64,000 nt of DNA from Verrucomicrobiota bacterium. GTDB lineage: Bacteria; Verrucomicrobiota; Verrucomicrobiia; Opitutales; Seribacteraceae. Under the pieces are notes generated by a model. The model had not been told where the DNA came from, did no database searches, and was given only the letters and a program-made list of their open reading frames with translations. This document shows, piece by piece, positions 38,501 through 48,486 of this stretch (position 1 is its first letter; each line of letters starts with the position of its first letter). The DNA is taken from contig JAQBYT010000002.1 of the NCBI GenBank assembly GCA_027622665.1, forward strand, positions 256,001-320,000, in the 5' to 3' direction. Made by a program: the position numbers and the translations under genes.

Positions 38501-40057
38501 ATGAGAAACTGTATCCTCTTCCTCCTTTTCCTTAGTTGCTTGGCTCCTGCCTATGCCAAGAAGCCCAACGTTGTGTTCATCTTGGCCGATGACCTCGGGT
38601 GGCGTGACCTAAGCAACGAGGGCTCCACCTATTACGAGAGTCCGCATATCGACCGGATAGCCAAGGATGGCATGAAGTTCACCCGTGGCTATGCCACCTG
38701 CCAGGTCTGCAGCCCATCACGGGCCAGCATACTGACCGGGAAGTATCCCACCAATCACGGTATCACCACCTGGATCGGCGACCGGGCAGGAGAGGCTTGG
38801 CGGGGTACCCAGCGAAACGACAGCCACCTCCCGCCGGAGTACGACCGCAACTTGCGGGCCTCCGAGATCACCTTGGCCGAGGTCATGAAGAAGGCCGGTT
38901 ACAAGACCTTCTTTGCGGGCAAGTGGCACCTCGGGAGCAAGGGCTCCTGGCCCACTGACCACGGCTTCGAGATCAATAAGGGCGGCTGGGACGTCGGCAG
39001 TCCACGCGGCGGTTTCTTTTCCCCGTGGCAAAACCCAAACCTCGAGTCCGGACCCGCAGGCGAGTCGCTCACACTTCGTCTCGGTCGCGAAACCGCCGAC
39101 TTTATCGAGGCTCACAAGGACAAGCCCTTTCTCGCCTACCTTTCCTTTTACACCGTGCACGGTCCTATCCAGACGACTCCCGAGCTGTGGAATAAATATC
39201 GTGATAAGGCGACCGCCGCGGGCTTGGCCAAGGAGCGCTTCCTGTTCGATCGCCGCCTCAGCGTGCGCCAAGTGCAGGACTGCCCGATCTACGCCGGCAT
39301 GATCGAGAGCATGGACGATGCCGTCGGTATGGTGTTGAAGAAGCTCGACCAACTCGGCCTCGCGGACAACACTATCGTGTGCTTCACCTCTGACAACGGG
39401 GGCGTCTCCTCCGGTGATGCCTACTCCACCAGCAACTTGCCTTTGCGCGGCGGCAAGGGGCGCCAATGGGAGGGCGGCATACGCGAACCGTTCTACCTCA
39501 AGGCTCCCGGGGTGACCAAGCCGGGCTCGACCAGCGCGGTGCCGGTCAACGGGATTGACTGGTACCCCACCTTGCTTGAACTGGCCGGCATAAAGGTGCC
39601 CAAGCAGCAACAGGTGGACGGCGTCAGCCTGGTGCCTCTTTTGAAAGGAAAATCGATTCCCGGGCGACCGCTTTACTGGCACTACCCGCACTACGGCAAC
39701 CAGGGTGGTGAACCCTCCTCGATCATCACCGAGGATAACTGGAAACTAATCCACTATCACGAGGATGGCCGCGACGAGTTGTATCACCTAGGGAAGGACG
39801 AGGTGGAGCAAAAGGACCTCGCCGCCGCCGAACTCAAGCGAACAAAGGTCATGCGGGCCAAGCTCGATGCCTGGCTCAAGGCGACCAAGGCGAAGATGCC
39901 GGTCAAGGACAAGAAGGCCGACTTGGCCAAGCGTAAGGCGCGCTTCGAGTCCCTCGCCAAACAGGGTAAGGAAAGGCTCGAGCGCCAGCACGCCAACTTC
40001 CTTAACCCCGACTACCAGCCCAACAAGGACTGGTGGGGTAGCGCCCCCAAGGATTGA
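38501..40057 (+). CDS. Sulfatase (S1)
   Basis: PNVVFILADDLGW, CSPSR, GKWHLG, TSDNGG and WEGGIREP. Confidence 0.95.
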   Translation: MRNCILFLLFLSCLAPAYAKKPNVVFILADDLGWRDLSNEGSTYYESPHIDRIAKDGMKFTRGYATCQVCSPSRASILTGKYPTNHGITTWIGDRAGEAWRGTQRNDSHLPPEYDRNLRASEITLAEVMKKAGYKTFFAGKWHLGSKGSWPTDHGFEINKGGWDVGSPRGGFFSPWQNPNLESGPAGESLTLRLGRETADFIEAHKDKPFLAYLSFYTVHGPIQTTPELWNKYRDKATAAGLAKERFLFDRRLSVRQVQDCPIYAGMIESMDDAVGMVLKKLDQLGLADNTIVCFTSDNGGVSSGDAYSTSNLPLRGGKGRQWEGGIREPFYLKAPGVTKPGSTSAVPVNGIDWYPTLLELAGIKVPKQQQVDGVSLVPLLKGKSIPGRPLYWHYPHYGNQGGEPSSIITEDNWKLIHYHEDGRDELYHLGKDEVEQKDLAAAELKRTKVMRAKLDAWLKATKAKMPVKDKKADLAKRKARFESLAKQGKERLERQHANFLNPDYQPNKDWWGSAPKD

Positions 40058-40060
40058 TCC

Positions 40061-41458
40061 ATGAAGTTTTCTATCGTTATTCTTAGTTTCGCCTTTCTTC
40101 TTTCCTCTCTTCAAGGGAAGCAGCAACATCCCAATGTATTGCTCCTTTGCATCGATGACCTGCGACCTGAGCTTAAGTGCTTCGGGGCCGACTACGTCCA
40201 GTCGCCGCACATTGACAAACTGGCCTCATTGGGCCGCCCTTTTTATCGGCATTACGTGCAAGCGCCCACCTGCGGGGCATCCCGCTACACTTTGCTAACT
40301 GGTACCTATGGGTCGAGCAGTAACGGGGCGTTTTTTTCGCGATCCAACAACCTCAAGCATCCCAGCTTCCCCGGTTTTTTCAGGAAGCATGGCTATACCA
40401 CGGTATCCGTTGGCAAGGTCTCCCACCACCCCGGGGGCAGGGGAGGCAAGGACTGGGACGAGGACGCCAAGCCCGAAATGCCCGAGTCATGGGATCGTCA
40501 CCTCTTGCCTGCCGGTCCCTGGAGGCACCCGCGTGGCGCCATGCACGGACTGGCCAATGGCGAAATTCGAGGCAACGCCAAGGAAATGGACGTCTATCAG
40601 GCCTTCGACGGTCCTGACACCGCCTATCCCGACGGCCTCATAACCGACGAGGCAATCCGTCAACTCGACGACCTCGGCAAGCAAGCTGCCAAGAAACCGT
40701 TCTTTCTCGCCGTCGGCATCATTCGTCCGCACCTCCCTTTCGGGGCCCCGCTCCGGTACGTCAAACCGTACCTGAAGGCGGAACTACCGCCCACGCCCCA
40801 TCCCCTCAAGCCTTCCGGCAAGACCACTTGGCATGGCTCGGGGGAGTTCATGAAATACAACCGCTGGAAGCGCAACCCGAACACGGATGCCGCCTTTGCT
40901 CTCGAGGTACGCCGCCACTATGCCGGTTGCGTGACCTATGCCGATGCCCTCGTTGGTCGTATCCTTGCCAAGTTGGACCAGCTGAAGCTGCGCGACGACA
41001 CCATAGTCATCCTCTGGGGCGACCATGGTTGGCACCTCGGTGAACACGCTATCTGGGGAAAGCACGCCCTCTTCGAGGAGTCTCTCCGCTCCCCGCTGAT
41101 AATATCCTACAAGGGCATCCCGATGCCGGGCGAAGCCACGCGTTCCGTGGTCGAGACCTTGGACCTGTTTCCCACCGTCTGCGACTTGGCCGGGCTGGAC
41201 AAGCCCAACTTTCTGCAAGGCCAGTCCTTGGTTCCGATTTTGATGAGTCCGAATGCCAAGGGTCACCCCGCCTTCTCCTACAAGGGAGGCGCCCAGACCA
41301 TTCGCACCGACACCCATCGTCTCATCTCCCACAGGGGAGGAGAGCTCGAACTCTACGACCACAGCACCCCCGCAGGCGAGACGAAGAATCTAGCCACCGC
41401 TCAACCCGAGAAGGCGGCTGCCCTACTCAAGCAACTACAAGTCAGATTGGCGAAGTAG
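40061..41458 (+). CDS. Sulfatase (iduronate-2-sulfatase-like)
   Basis: [26 protein letters not shown] and [10 protein letters not shown]. Confidence 0.93.
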   Translation: MKFSIVILSFAFLLSSLQGKQQHPNVLLLCIDDLRPELKCFGADYVQSPHIDKLASLGRPFYRHYVQAPTCGASRYTLLTGTYGSSSNGAFFSRSNNLKHPSFPGFFRKHGYTTVSVGKVSHHPGGRGGKDWDEDAKPEMPESWDRHLLPAGPWRHPRGAMHGLANGEIRGNAKEMDVYQAFDGPDTAYPDGLITDEAIRQLDDLGKQAAKKPFFLAVGIIRPHLPFGAPLRYVKPYLKAELPPTPHPLKPSGKTTWHGSGEFMKYNRWKRNPNTDAAFALEVRRHYAGCVTYADALVGRILAKLDQLKLRDDTIVILWGDHGWHLGEHAIWGKHALFEESLRSPLIISYKGIPMPGEATRSVVETLDLFPTVCDLAGLDKPNFLQGQSLVPILMSPNAKGHPAFSYKGGAQTIRTDTHRLISHRGGELELYDHSTPAGETKNLATAQPEKAAALLKQLQVRLAK

Positions 41459-41495
41459 GCTTGGTGCCCAACGACAAAAGCTTAAAACTAAAAGC

Positions 41496-42740
41496 ATGAT
41501 CAACTTCCCAACCTCTTTTCTCCCCTTTTTCATCTTGGGACTTTGGACTTGTTCCGCTGTTTACGCCAAGCCGCTTAAGGTTTACGTCTTATGCGGCCAA
41601 TCCAATATGGAGGGTCATGCCAAGATAAGCACCTTCGAGGCGATGAGGATTGATCCGCTGACCAAGCCCATGCTGAAGGAAATGGTTGATGGACAGGGGG
41701 ATCCCGTAGTTTGCGATCAGGTCTGGATATCCTATTATACTGGTGGGCGTGACAACAAGGGGGAAGGTTTTGGCAAACTGACTGCTGGTTTCGGTTCCCG
41801 AAGAGACCCAGCCCAAGCCAGTGACAATATCGGGCCTGAGTTCACCTTTGGAATCTATATGCAAAAGGGACTGCAGGAACCGGTTCTTATCATCAAGACG
41901 GCATGGGGAGGGAAATCCATGCATACCGACTTTCGCCCGCCTTCCGCGGGTCCTTATCCGTTCAGCGAACAGGAGCTGGAAAACTTGAAAAAGCGGGGAA
42001 AGAACCTGAAGGAAGCAAAGGCTGAAAAAACAGAACAAACGGGGCGCTTCTACCGCCTGATGATCGAACACGTCCGTAAGGTGTTGGGTGACGTGAAGCG
42101 AGTCTACCCGGGCTATGATCCCAGCAAGGGCTACGAGATCGCCGGCTTCGCCTGGTTTCAAGGTTGGAACGATATGGTGGCCAGCGGTACTTACCCGAAC
42201 CGTGGTCAACCCGGTGGTTACGATGCCTACAGTGAATGCTTGGCTCATTTCATTCGCGACGTGAGAAAGGACCTCAAGGCTCCGGAAATGAAGTTCGTCA
42301 TTGGCGTCATGGGCGTGGGGGGGCCTTTGGATAAGTATGACAGTCCCCGTTACGTTCCCATTCACGGATCCTTTCGTGAAGCCATGGTCGCACCGGCATC
42401 GCTGCCTGAATTCAAGGGCAATGTTATGGCTGTTCCGACGGCCCCTTTCTGGGATTCACGACTTCAGGAAATCGAGGACAATCAGGGCAAGGTCAAGCAG
42501 ATGGCGGGTTTTCTCAAAAGCAAGCACAAGGACCATTCGAACAAAGATGGGGCGATGGACTCCAAAGCCCAAAAGGCCTATCTTGAGAAGTATCGCAAGG
42601 AGTTGATTTCGGCGGAAGATGAGACCTATGACAAGATTGCCCGATCGAATGCGGCCTATCATTATTTTGGAAGCGCCAAGACCATCGCCCGGATCGGCAA
42701 GGCCTTTGCTGAGGCCATAATTCAAATGAGGAAGAAGTGA
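41496..42740 (+). CDS. Sialate O-acetylesterase (SASA) domain protein
   Basis: GQSNMEG, GPEFTFG, KTAWGGKS, WFQGWND and AYHY. Confidence 0.88.
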   Translation: MINFPTSFLPFFILGLWTCSAVYAKPLKVYVLCGQSNMEGHAKISTFEAMRIDPLTKPMLKEMVDGQGDPVVCDQVWISYYTGGRDNKGEGFGKLTAGFGSRRDPAQASDNIGPEFTFGIYMQKGLQEPVLIIKTAWGGKSMHTDFRPPSAGPYPFSEQELENLKKRGKNLKEAKAEKTEQTGRFYRLMIEHVRKVLGDVKRVYPGYDPSKGYEIAGFAWFQGWNDMVASGTYPNRGQPGGYDAYSECLAHFIRDVRKDLKAPEMKFVIGVMGVGGPLDKYDSPRYVPIHGSFREAMVAPASLPEFKGNVMAVPTAPFWDSRLQEIEDNQGKVKQMAGFLKSKHKDHSNKDGAMDSKAQKAYLEKYRKELISAEDETYDKIARSNAAYHYFGSAKTIARIGKAFAEAIIQMRKK

Positions 42741-42833
42741 GACGAGATGAGACCGTAAGCCGGCAAGCACGCCGTCATGCGTTTTGAATGCCGGACTGGT
42801 GAAAGAAGAGAAACCGACTACCTAAGCTGCCTC

Positions 42834-44408
42834 ATGCCAACTCTCCGTTTCCTACTTGGCCTGCAATTGGTTTTCTTCTCGGCTTTTCTGTATGCCGAGA
42901 AGCGGCCGAACATACTGCTCGTCATGGTCGACGACATGGGTTGGTCCGACCTCGGTTGCTACGGCGGCGAGATCGATACGCCCAACGTCGACTCACTGGC
43001 AGCCGGTGGGCTGCGTTTCACGCGGTTTTACAACAACTCCGTCTGCGGCCCCACTCGGGCTTCCTTGCTTACCGGGCTCTACTGCCAGCAAACCGGGCAC
43101 CGAGGTAACCACTGGAACCAACCGAAGGATTTTTCGAAATGCGTACTCATTCCCGAGTTGCTACAGGATGGTGGCTACCACACCGCCATGGTCGGCAAGT
43201 GGCAAGGGCGCGACCTCGCGGTGAAGCGTGGATTCAACCGTTTCTTCGGACCCAACTGCCAAGGCATGATCAGCTATTGGCATCCCGTCGTGAGCAACGA
43301 TTTCTACCTCGACGACAAGCCGTGGAAATTCACCGACGATTTTTTCATGACCGATGCCTTCAACGACCATGCGGTTACCTTTTTGAAAGAAGCCGTCACC
43401 GGCACAAAGCCTTTCTTTCTCTACGTCGGCTACGTTGCCCCGCACTGGCCCTTGCACGCCCGCGAGAAAACCATCGCACGCTACCGCGAGCGCTATCGCA
43501 AAAAAGGCTGGAACGGCTGGCGGGCCACCCGCCTCGAGCGCCAGCAACAGATGGGTCTATTGCCGGATGGCGCCAAGCCCGCCCCCTATCCTGGAAACGT
43601 TCCGGACTGGGAGAAGGACAAGCACAAGGACTGGCAGGCCGAGCGCATGGCGGTGTACGCCGCCCAAATCGCCAACGTCGACCGCGGGGTTGGGCGCATG
43701 CTTGAGGTGTTGAAGAAATCCGGACAGCTCGACGACACTCTCATCCTCTTTCTCTCAGACAATGGAGCCGCTCCCAATGGCGGGTTCGGGCCAAGCAACA
43801 GTGGTTTTGGATTCAGTTCCACTTCCCCAAAAAACAATTGGCGGAGGGACAAGGCCACCATTCGGCCCGGCAGTGGTCCGAAAGTCATGCCCGGTCCGCA
43901 CGATACTTTTTCCGGGTACGGATTGGCCTGGGCCCTCACCAGCAACACGCCCTTGCGCAGTACCAAGTTATCGTCCTATGAGGGCGGCATCCGTACCCCG
44001 CTCATCGCCCATTGGCCCAAGGTCATTAAGAAAGTAAACGGTCTCACTCGCCAACCCGGCCACGTCATCGACGTCATGGCCACCTGCCTCGACCTGGCCG
44101 AGCTAAAATATCCCACCAAGTTCCAGAACCGTCGCCCCCTTCCCATGGAGGGCAAAAGCCTTGTCCCCACCCTGCGGGGTGAGAAGCGAGCCGGTCACGA
44201 GACCTTGGCTTGGGCGAATCCTCGCGGCCGTGCTCTGATCATGGCCGACTGGAAAATCGTTCGCCCCGGCAACAAGCTGCCGTGGGAACTCTATGATCTC
44301 TCATCCGATCCTGGCGAAACCGCCAACCTCGCCAAGCGTCACCCTAACCGCGTCGAGGACATGGCCGATCGCTATGAAACTTGGCGGGAACGAGTCGGCG
44401 CCCGCTAA
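42834..44408 (+). CDS. Arylsulfatase (S1)
   Basis: Start trimmed to MPTLRFLLG. PNILLVMVDDMGWSD, CGPTR, APHWPLHA, LSDNGA and YEGGIRTP. Confidence 0.95.
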   Translation: MPTLRFLLGLQLVFFSAFLYAEKRPNILLVMVDDMGWSDLGCYGGEIDTPNVDSLAAGGLRFTRFYNNSVCGPTRASLLTGLYCQQTGHRGNHWNQPKDFSKCVLIPELLQDGGYHTAMVGKWQGRDLAVKRGFNRFFGPNCQGMISYWHPVVSNDFYLDDKPWKFTDDFFMTDAFNDHAVTFLKEAVTGTKPFFLYVGYVAPHWPLHAREKTIARYRERYRKKGWNGWRATRLERQQQMGLLPDGAKPAPYPGNVPDWEKDKHKDWQAERMAVYAAQIANVDRGVGRMLEVLKKSGQLDDTLILFLSDNGAAPNGGFGPSNSGFGFSSTSPKNNWRRDKATIRPGSGPKVMPGPHDTFSGYGLAWALTSNTPLRSTKLSSYEGGIRTPLIAHWPKVIKKVNGLTRQPGHVIDVMATCLDLAELKYPTKFQNRRPLPMEGKSLVPTLRGEKRAGHETLAWANPRGRALIMADWKIVRPGNKLPWELYDLSSDPGETANLAKRHPNRVEDMADRYETWRERVGAR

Positions 44409-44421
44409 ATCCTGCCTGTTT

Positions 44422-45828
44422 ATGAAAATTGTTTATCCCTCCCTCGCATTTTTCCTGATTACCTTAATCTCAAGCGCCAAATTCTTCATCGTCAAAGACG
44501 GTTAGGCTCTCGCTGAGATTGTGTTGGCTGAGGACGCCCCGCGCTCGACCCGCTTTGCGGCACGGGACTTGCAGACCTACATCGAAAAGATGACCGGAGC
44601 GAAGCTGGCGGTGCTGAGCTCGCCCAGCGGGAAGGGGTTGGTGAAACTGTTCGTCGGCGAAAGCGAGGGCACGAGGTCACTCAATCTCTCGACCAAGGGG
44701 CTGGAGCACGGAGCCTACCAGCTGGTTTCCGGTTCGGACTGGCTGGCTTTTCTGGGCGATGACACTGATTTTGTCCCCAAGGAGCCGTGGGCGAAGAACA
44801 ACGGTGATCGCGTTACAGGCAAGGACCAGCGGGAATGGGAGCAGGCCTCGGGCACCTCCTTCGGCGTACCCAACGGCGGCATGTACAAGAACCGCGAACG
44901 CATGCCTGCTGACCTCTCCCGCGAGCAGGACGAACGGTACTGGAATTTCGATGAGCGTGGCTCCTTCAATGCCGTGTGCGGCTTTCTTAAGCAACTGGGC
45001 GTTCGCTGGTACCTACCGGGCGAACTGGGTGAGGTGGTGCCCAAGCGCGACGTCATCGCCCTGCCGAAACTGGATACGATCGTCAAACCGGATTTTCCCT
45101 TACGGCAATTCAGCGTTCGCTTCGGCACGGCCAGTGCCCCCACCACCATGTGGATGATGCGGTTGGGCACGCGCAACCCCTACGGCCTGATGATCGCCCA
45201 TGGAATGCACACCATGACCCACAACGAGCACACCTTGAAGAACCACCCCGACTGGTTCGCCCTCTACGGCGGCAAGCGCGCCATCAAGCGCGGTGAACGC
45301 CTCAATCACCTCTGTTACTCCAACCCCGAACTCTTCAAGGCCACCGTGCAATGGGCCCGAGCACAGGTTCTAAACAAGAATGGTCCCGCCGCCGAGGCCG
45401 ACCTGCAGACCGCTCTCGCCGTCACTTCCGACAAGCGGCTCCGTTCCAGTATTATCGCTAACCTCGGGCACAACCGCGAAACCAATCTCAAGGACGAGGC
45501 CAGTGCCCTCATTGCCTACCGCCAAAACTTCATTGGCAAGGAACGTATTGGAGGGGCAGACGAATTTCGCTCGGTCCAGCAGGCTGCCCGCATCCTCTCC
45601 CGACAAGGCAAACACGACGATGCCCTGCAGACACTCGCCCACATCGATCTCGATAAAACCAACGGTTCATGGCTCGCCACCACCCTTGCGTTCAAGGGAG
45701 ACCTTCTGGTCGCAGCCAAGCGTCCCGATGAAGCCCGGGTCTCGTACCGTAAGGCCTTGGCCGAAGCCAGCCTGCCGGCTTCAGTCCGCAAGGTGGTTAA
45801 TATATCCTTGGCTGAATTGATTAAGTAA
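44422..45828 (+). pseudogene. DUF4838-type gene with in-frame TAG and probable internal deletion fusing it to a TPR-like tail
   Basis: MKIVYPSLAFFLITLISSAKFFIVKDG*ALAEIVLAED (TAG at 44503). It parallels the 13412 protein up to HLCYSNPELFKATVQWARAQ, then switches abruptly to helical TPR-like sequence. Confidence 0.75.
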
Positions 45829-45887
45829 TTCCAGAACCTCTCCCTAGGGATATTGACAGGAGAGCTCTACGGACCAAGTTTGAACGC

Positions 45888-47246
45888 ATGAGCAATGTGA
45901 TGCGATTCGGAGCTGCGGGAGACGGTAAGGCTGATGATGGGGAGGCGATCCGTCATGCGGTGGAAGAGGGCGATGGAGTCTTGCATTTTCCGCCCGGGAC
46001 TTATCGCATTACTTCCCCGATCGAAATCACTCTGTCGGAAAGCGGTCCCTTGGGGATTGATGGTACGGGCGGCACGGCGCGTGTGCTGATGGCAGGCAAG
46101 GGCCCGGCCTTTCGTTTGATCGGGGCGCATCGAGGCACGGGTGATCCTGGTAGTCGGAACGGCAATGTCGCGACTCATCAGCGGATGCCGACGATAAAAA
46201 ACATTGAGGTGGAAGGCGCCCATCCGGAGGCTGACGGCTTTGAACTGATCCAGACCATGCAGTCGGTATTCGAGGGCGTGATGGTTACGCGGTGTCGGCA
46301 TGGAATCCATCTTGTCGATCGGAATCGGAACGTTCTCATCAGTCATTGCCATGTGTATTTTAACACCGGTGTGGGCATTTTTCTCGATGGCGTGAACTTG
46401 CACCAGATCAACATCGCCGGAAGTCACGTCGGTTACAATCGATTGGGTGGTATTCGGGTTGAGCGTTCGGAGGTGCGTAACCTCCAGATCACCGGTAATG
46501 ACATCGAGTACAATAACCATCGATCACACAAGACCGCACCGGAACCGACTGCCGAAATCTACATCGATACTACCGCCGAAGGTTCCAGCGTAAACGAGGT
46601 GACCATTGCCTCGAACACCATCCAAGCCACTGGTTCGCCAGGGGGCGCTAATATTCGCATAAAGGAAAAACCTGATGTATCGAGGCCTCCCGGGCTCTTT
46701 GCGATAAGTGGCAATGTCATTGGCAGTCAGGAAAATAACGTGCACCTCACCGGGTGCTACGGTGTAGCGCTCAGCGGCAATACCATCTATTCGTGCGAAA
46801 GCCGCAACCTACTGATCGAGGACTCGCGTCTTATCAACATAAGCGGAAACTCCTTTCGCCGCCACACTCCGAGGTATGGCACCGGTGTGCGTTTTGTAGA
46901 TTCCTCGGACATCACTTTCACCGGCTGTGGCATTCACGATGAAACCGAAACCGGTCAGTCCGGTATCACGGCGTTGTTGGAGTTGGAAAAGTGCGAGCGT
47001 ATCAACGTCACCGGAAGCCAGTTCATTAATGGCGCCATCGGCGTTGCCGCCTCGGACTGCTCTCACGTGACCTTGACCGGCAATACCCTGCACGATATTC
47101 GCGAAAAACCAATTGCTCAGCATGCCATCCGCTTTACCGGCAAAGGTGCGGGCAACTTGGCCACCGGAAACACCATCGGTACCACCCGGGGCAAGTCCAT
47201 TCACGGTGACCTGACATCCAATGGCAACCTGTCAATCGATCAATGA
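45888..47246 (+). CDS. Right-handed parallel beta-helix protein (pectate-lyase-3-like N-terminus)
   Basis: NVMRFGAAGDGKADDGEAI, FPPGTYRIT and repeated ITGN/ISGN/LTGN coils; no signal peptide. Confidence 0.88.
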   Translation: MSNVMRFGAAGDGKADDGEAIRHAVEEGDGVLHFPPGTYRITSPIEITLSESGPLGIDGTGGTARVLMAGKGPAFRLIGAHRGTGDPGSRNGNVATHQRMPTIKNIEVEGAHPEADGFELIQTMQSVFEGVMVTRCRHGIHLVDRNRNVLISHCHVYFNTGVGIFLDGVNLHQINIAGSHVGYNRLGGIRVERSEVRNLQITGNDIEYNNHRSHKTAPEPTAEIYIDTTAEGSSVNEVTIASNTIQATGSPGGANIRIKEKPDVSRPPGLFAISGNVIGSQENNVHLTGCYGVALSGNTIYSCESRNLLIEDSRLINISGNSFRRHTPRYGTGVRFVDSSDITFTGCGIHDETETGQSGITALLELEKCERINVTGSQFINGAIGVAASDCSHVTLTGNTLHDIREKPIAQHAIRFTGKGAGNLATGNTIGTTRGKSIHGDLTSNGNLSIDQ

Positions 47247-47336
47247 TCATGATTGTTTCTTGAGGTTCAGACGGATGGGTGGACCGATGAATGTTTCCTT
47301 CCTCAACTTTTATAACTGATCATCCAGGACAAGAAT

Positions 47337-48410
47337 ATGCGCAACTTCACTTTTTTACTGGCCATGGCGATTACGGCTTTGGCCCAAAATGAAACGCAGT
47401 GGCGTGATGTCACGGAGTGGGGCGTCGAGGGTCGGGGTTGGGCGGATCAGGAGCGCAAGCGTTGGTTCGATCGTTTTCCGACCAAGGCGGAGGGCAAGGT
47501 AACTCAGGCGGTCTGGAACCTCAGTCGCCACAGCGCCGGCATGATGGTCCGATTCAAGACGAATGCCACCGCAATCCATGCGAAATGGAAGCTCTTGTCC
47601 GCACGCTTGGGCATGCCGCACATGCCGCCCAGCGGGGTGAGCGGACTGGATCTGTATGCCCGTGACGCCAAAGGCCGATGGCGCTGGGCAGCGGCCACCA
47701 AGCCCAATAAACAGGAAATGCAGACCACGCTGCTTTCCGGGATAGCGCCCGGCATGCGCGAGTACGCCCTGTATCTCCCGCTCTACAACGGCACCGAGTC
47801 ACTGGAGATCGGGTTGCCCGGAGGTGCCAAGTTCGAGAGCCTTGCTCCACGGAAGGCGAAGCCACTGGTGTTTTACGGTACCTCCATCACGCATGGAGCC
47901 TGCGCTTCGCGCCCGGGCTTGGCTCATCCGGCCATCCTGGGTCGGCGGTTCGAGATGCCGGTCATCAATATTGGCTTCTCCGGCAATGGTCGCATGCACA
48001 AGGAAGTGGGAGACCTCATGGCCGAACTGGATGCGGCTTGCTACGTCATCGACTGTTTGCCCAACATGAACGCAACCACCGTCACCGAACGTTGCGTGCC
48101 CTTGGTCAAGCAACTGCGCAAAGCACATCCCAAAACGCCCATTCTTCTGGTGGAAGACCGAAGTTTCGCCAATGCTTGGCTTATTCCGGCCAAGGCGAAA
48201 TTTCACGATGAAAACCGGGCCGCACTCCGCAAGGCGTATGAGCAATTAAAAGCCGCCGGCATGAAGCAACTCCATTATCTTAGTGGCGATCTTCTCCTGG
48301 GCGATGACGCCGAAGGCACCACCGATGGTTCGCACCCGAACGACCTCGGGTTTCTACGACAAGCCGATGCCATCGAACCCGTGCTGCGCCGAGCTCTGGG
48401 TGTGAAGTAA
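47337..48410 (+). CDS. SGNH/GDSL hydrolase with N-terminal GxDLY domain
   Basis: SGLDLYA, YGTSITHG, GFSGNG and DGSHPNDLG. Confidence 0.9.
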   Translation: MRNFTFLLAMAITALAQNETQWRDVTEWGVEGRGWADQERKRWFDRFPTKAEGKVTQAVWNLSRHSAGMMVRFKTNATAIHAKWKLLSARLGMPHMPPSGVSGLDLYARDAKGRWRWAAATKPNKQEMQTTLLSGIAPGMREYALYLPLYNGTESLEIGLPGGAKFESLAPRKAKPLVFYGTSITHGACASRPGLAHPAILGRRFEMPVINIGFSGNGRMHKEVGDLMAELDAACYVIDCLPNMNATTVTERCVPLVKQLRKAHPKTPILLVEDRSFANAWLIPAKAKFHDENRAALRKAYEQLKAAGMKQLHYLSGDLLLGDDAEGTTDGSHPNDLGFLRQADAIEPVLRRALGVK

Positions 48411-48486
48411 GCTCTGGTTATCGTTTGGAAATTGTCAAACGAGGTCGAATCTTCTATTTGGTAAGCATTAACCAATTCTTTCTACC

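Noticed and set aside
42760..42796. CCGGCA...TGCCGG inverted repeat as a terminator
   Set aside because: The stem is short and interrupted, with no following U-tract.
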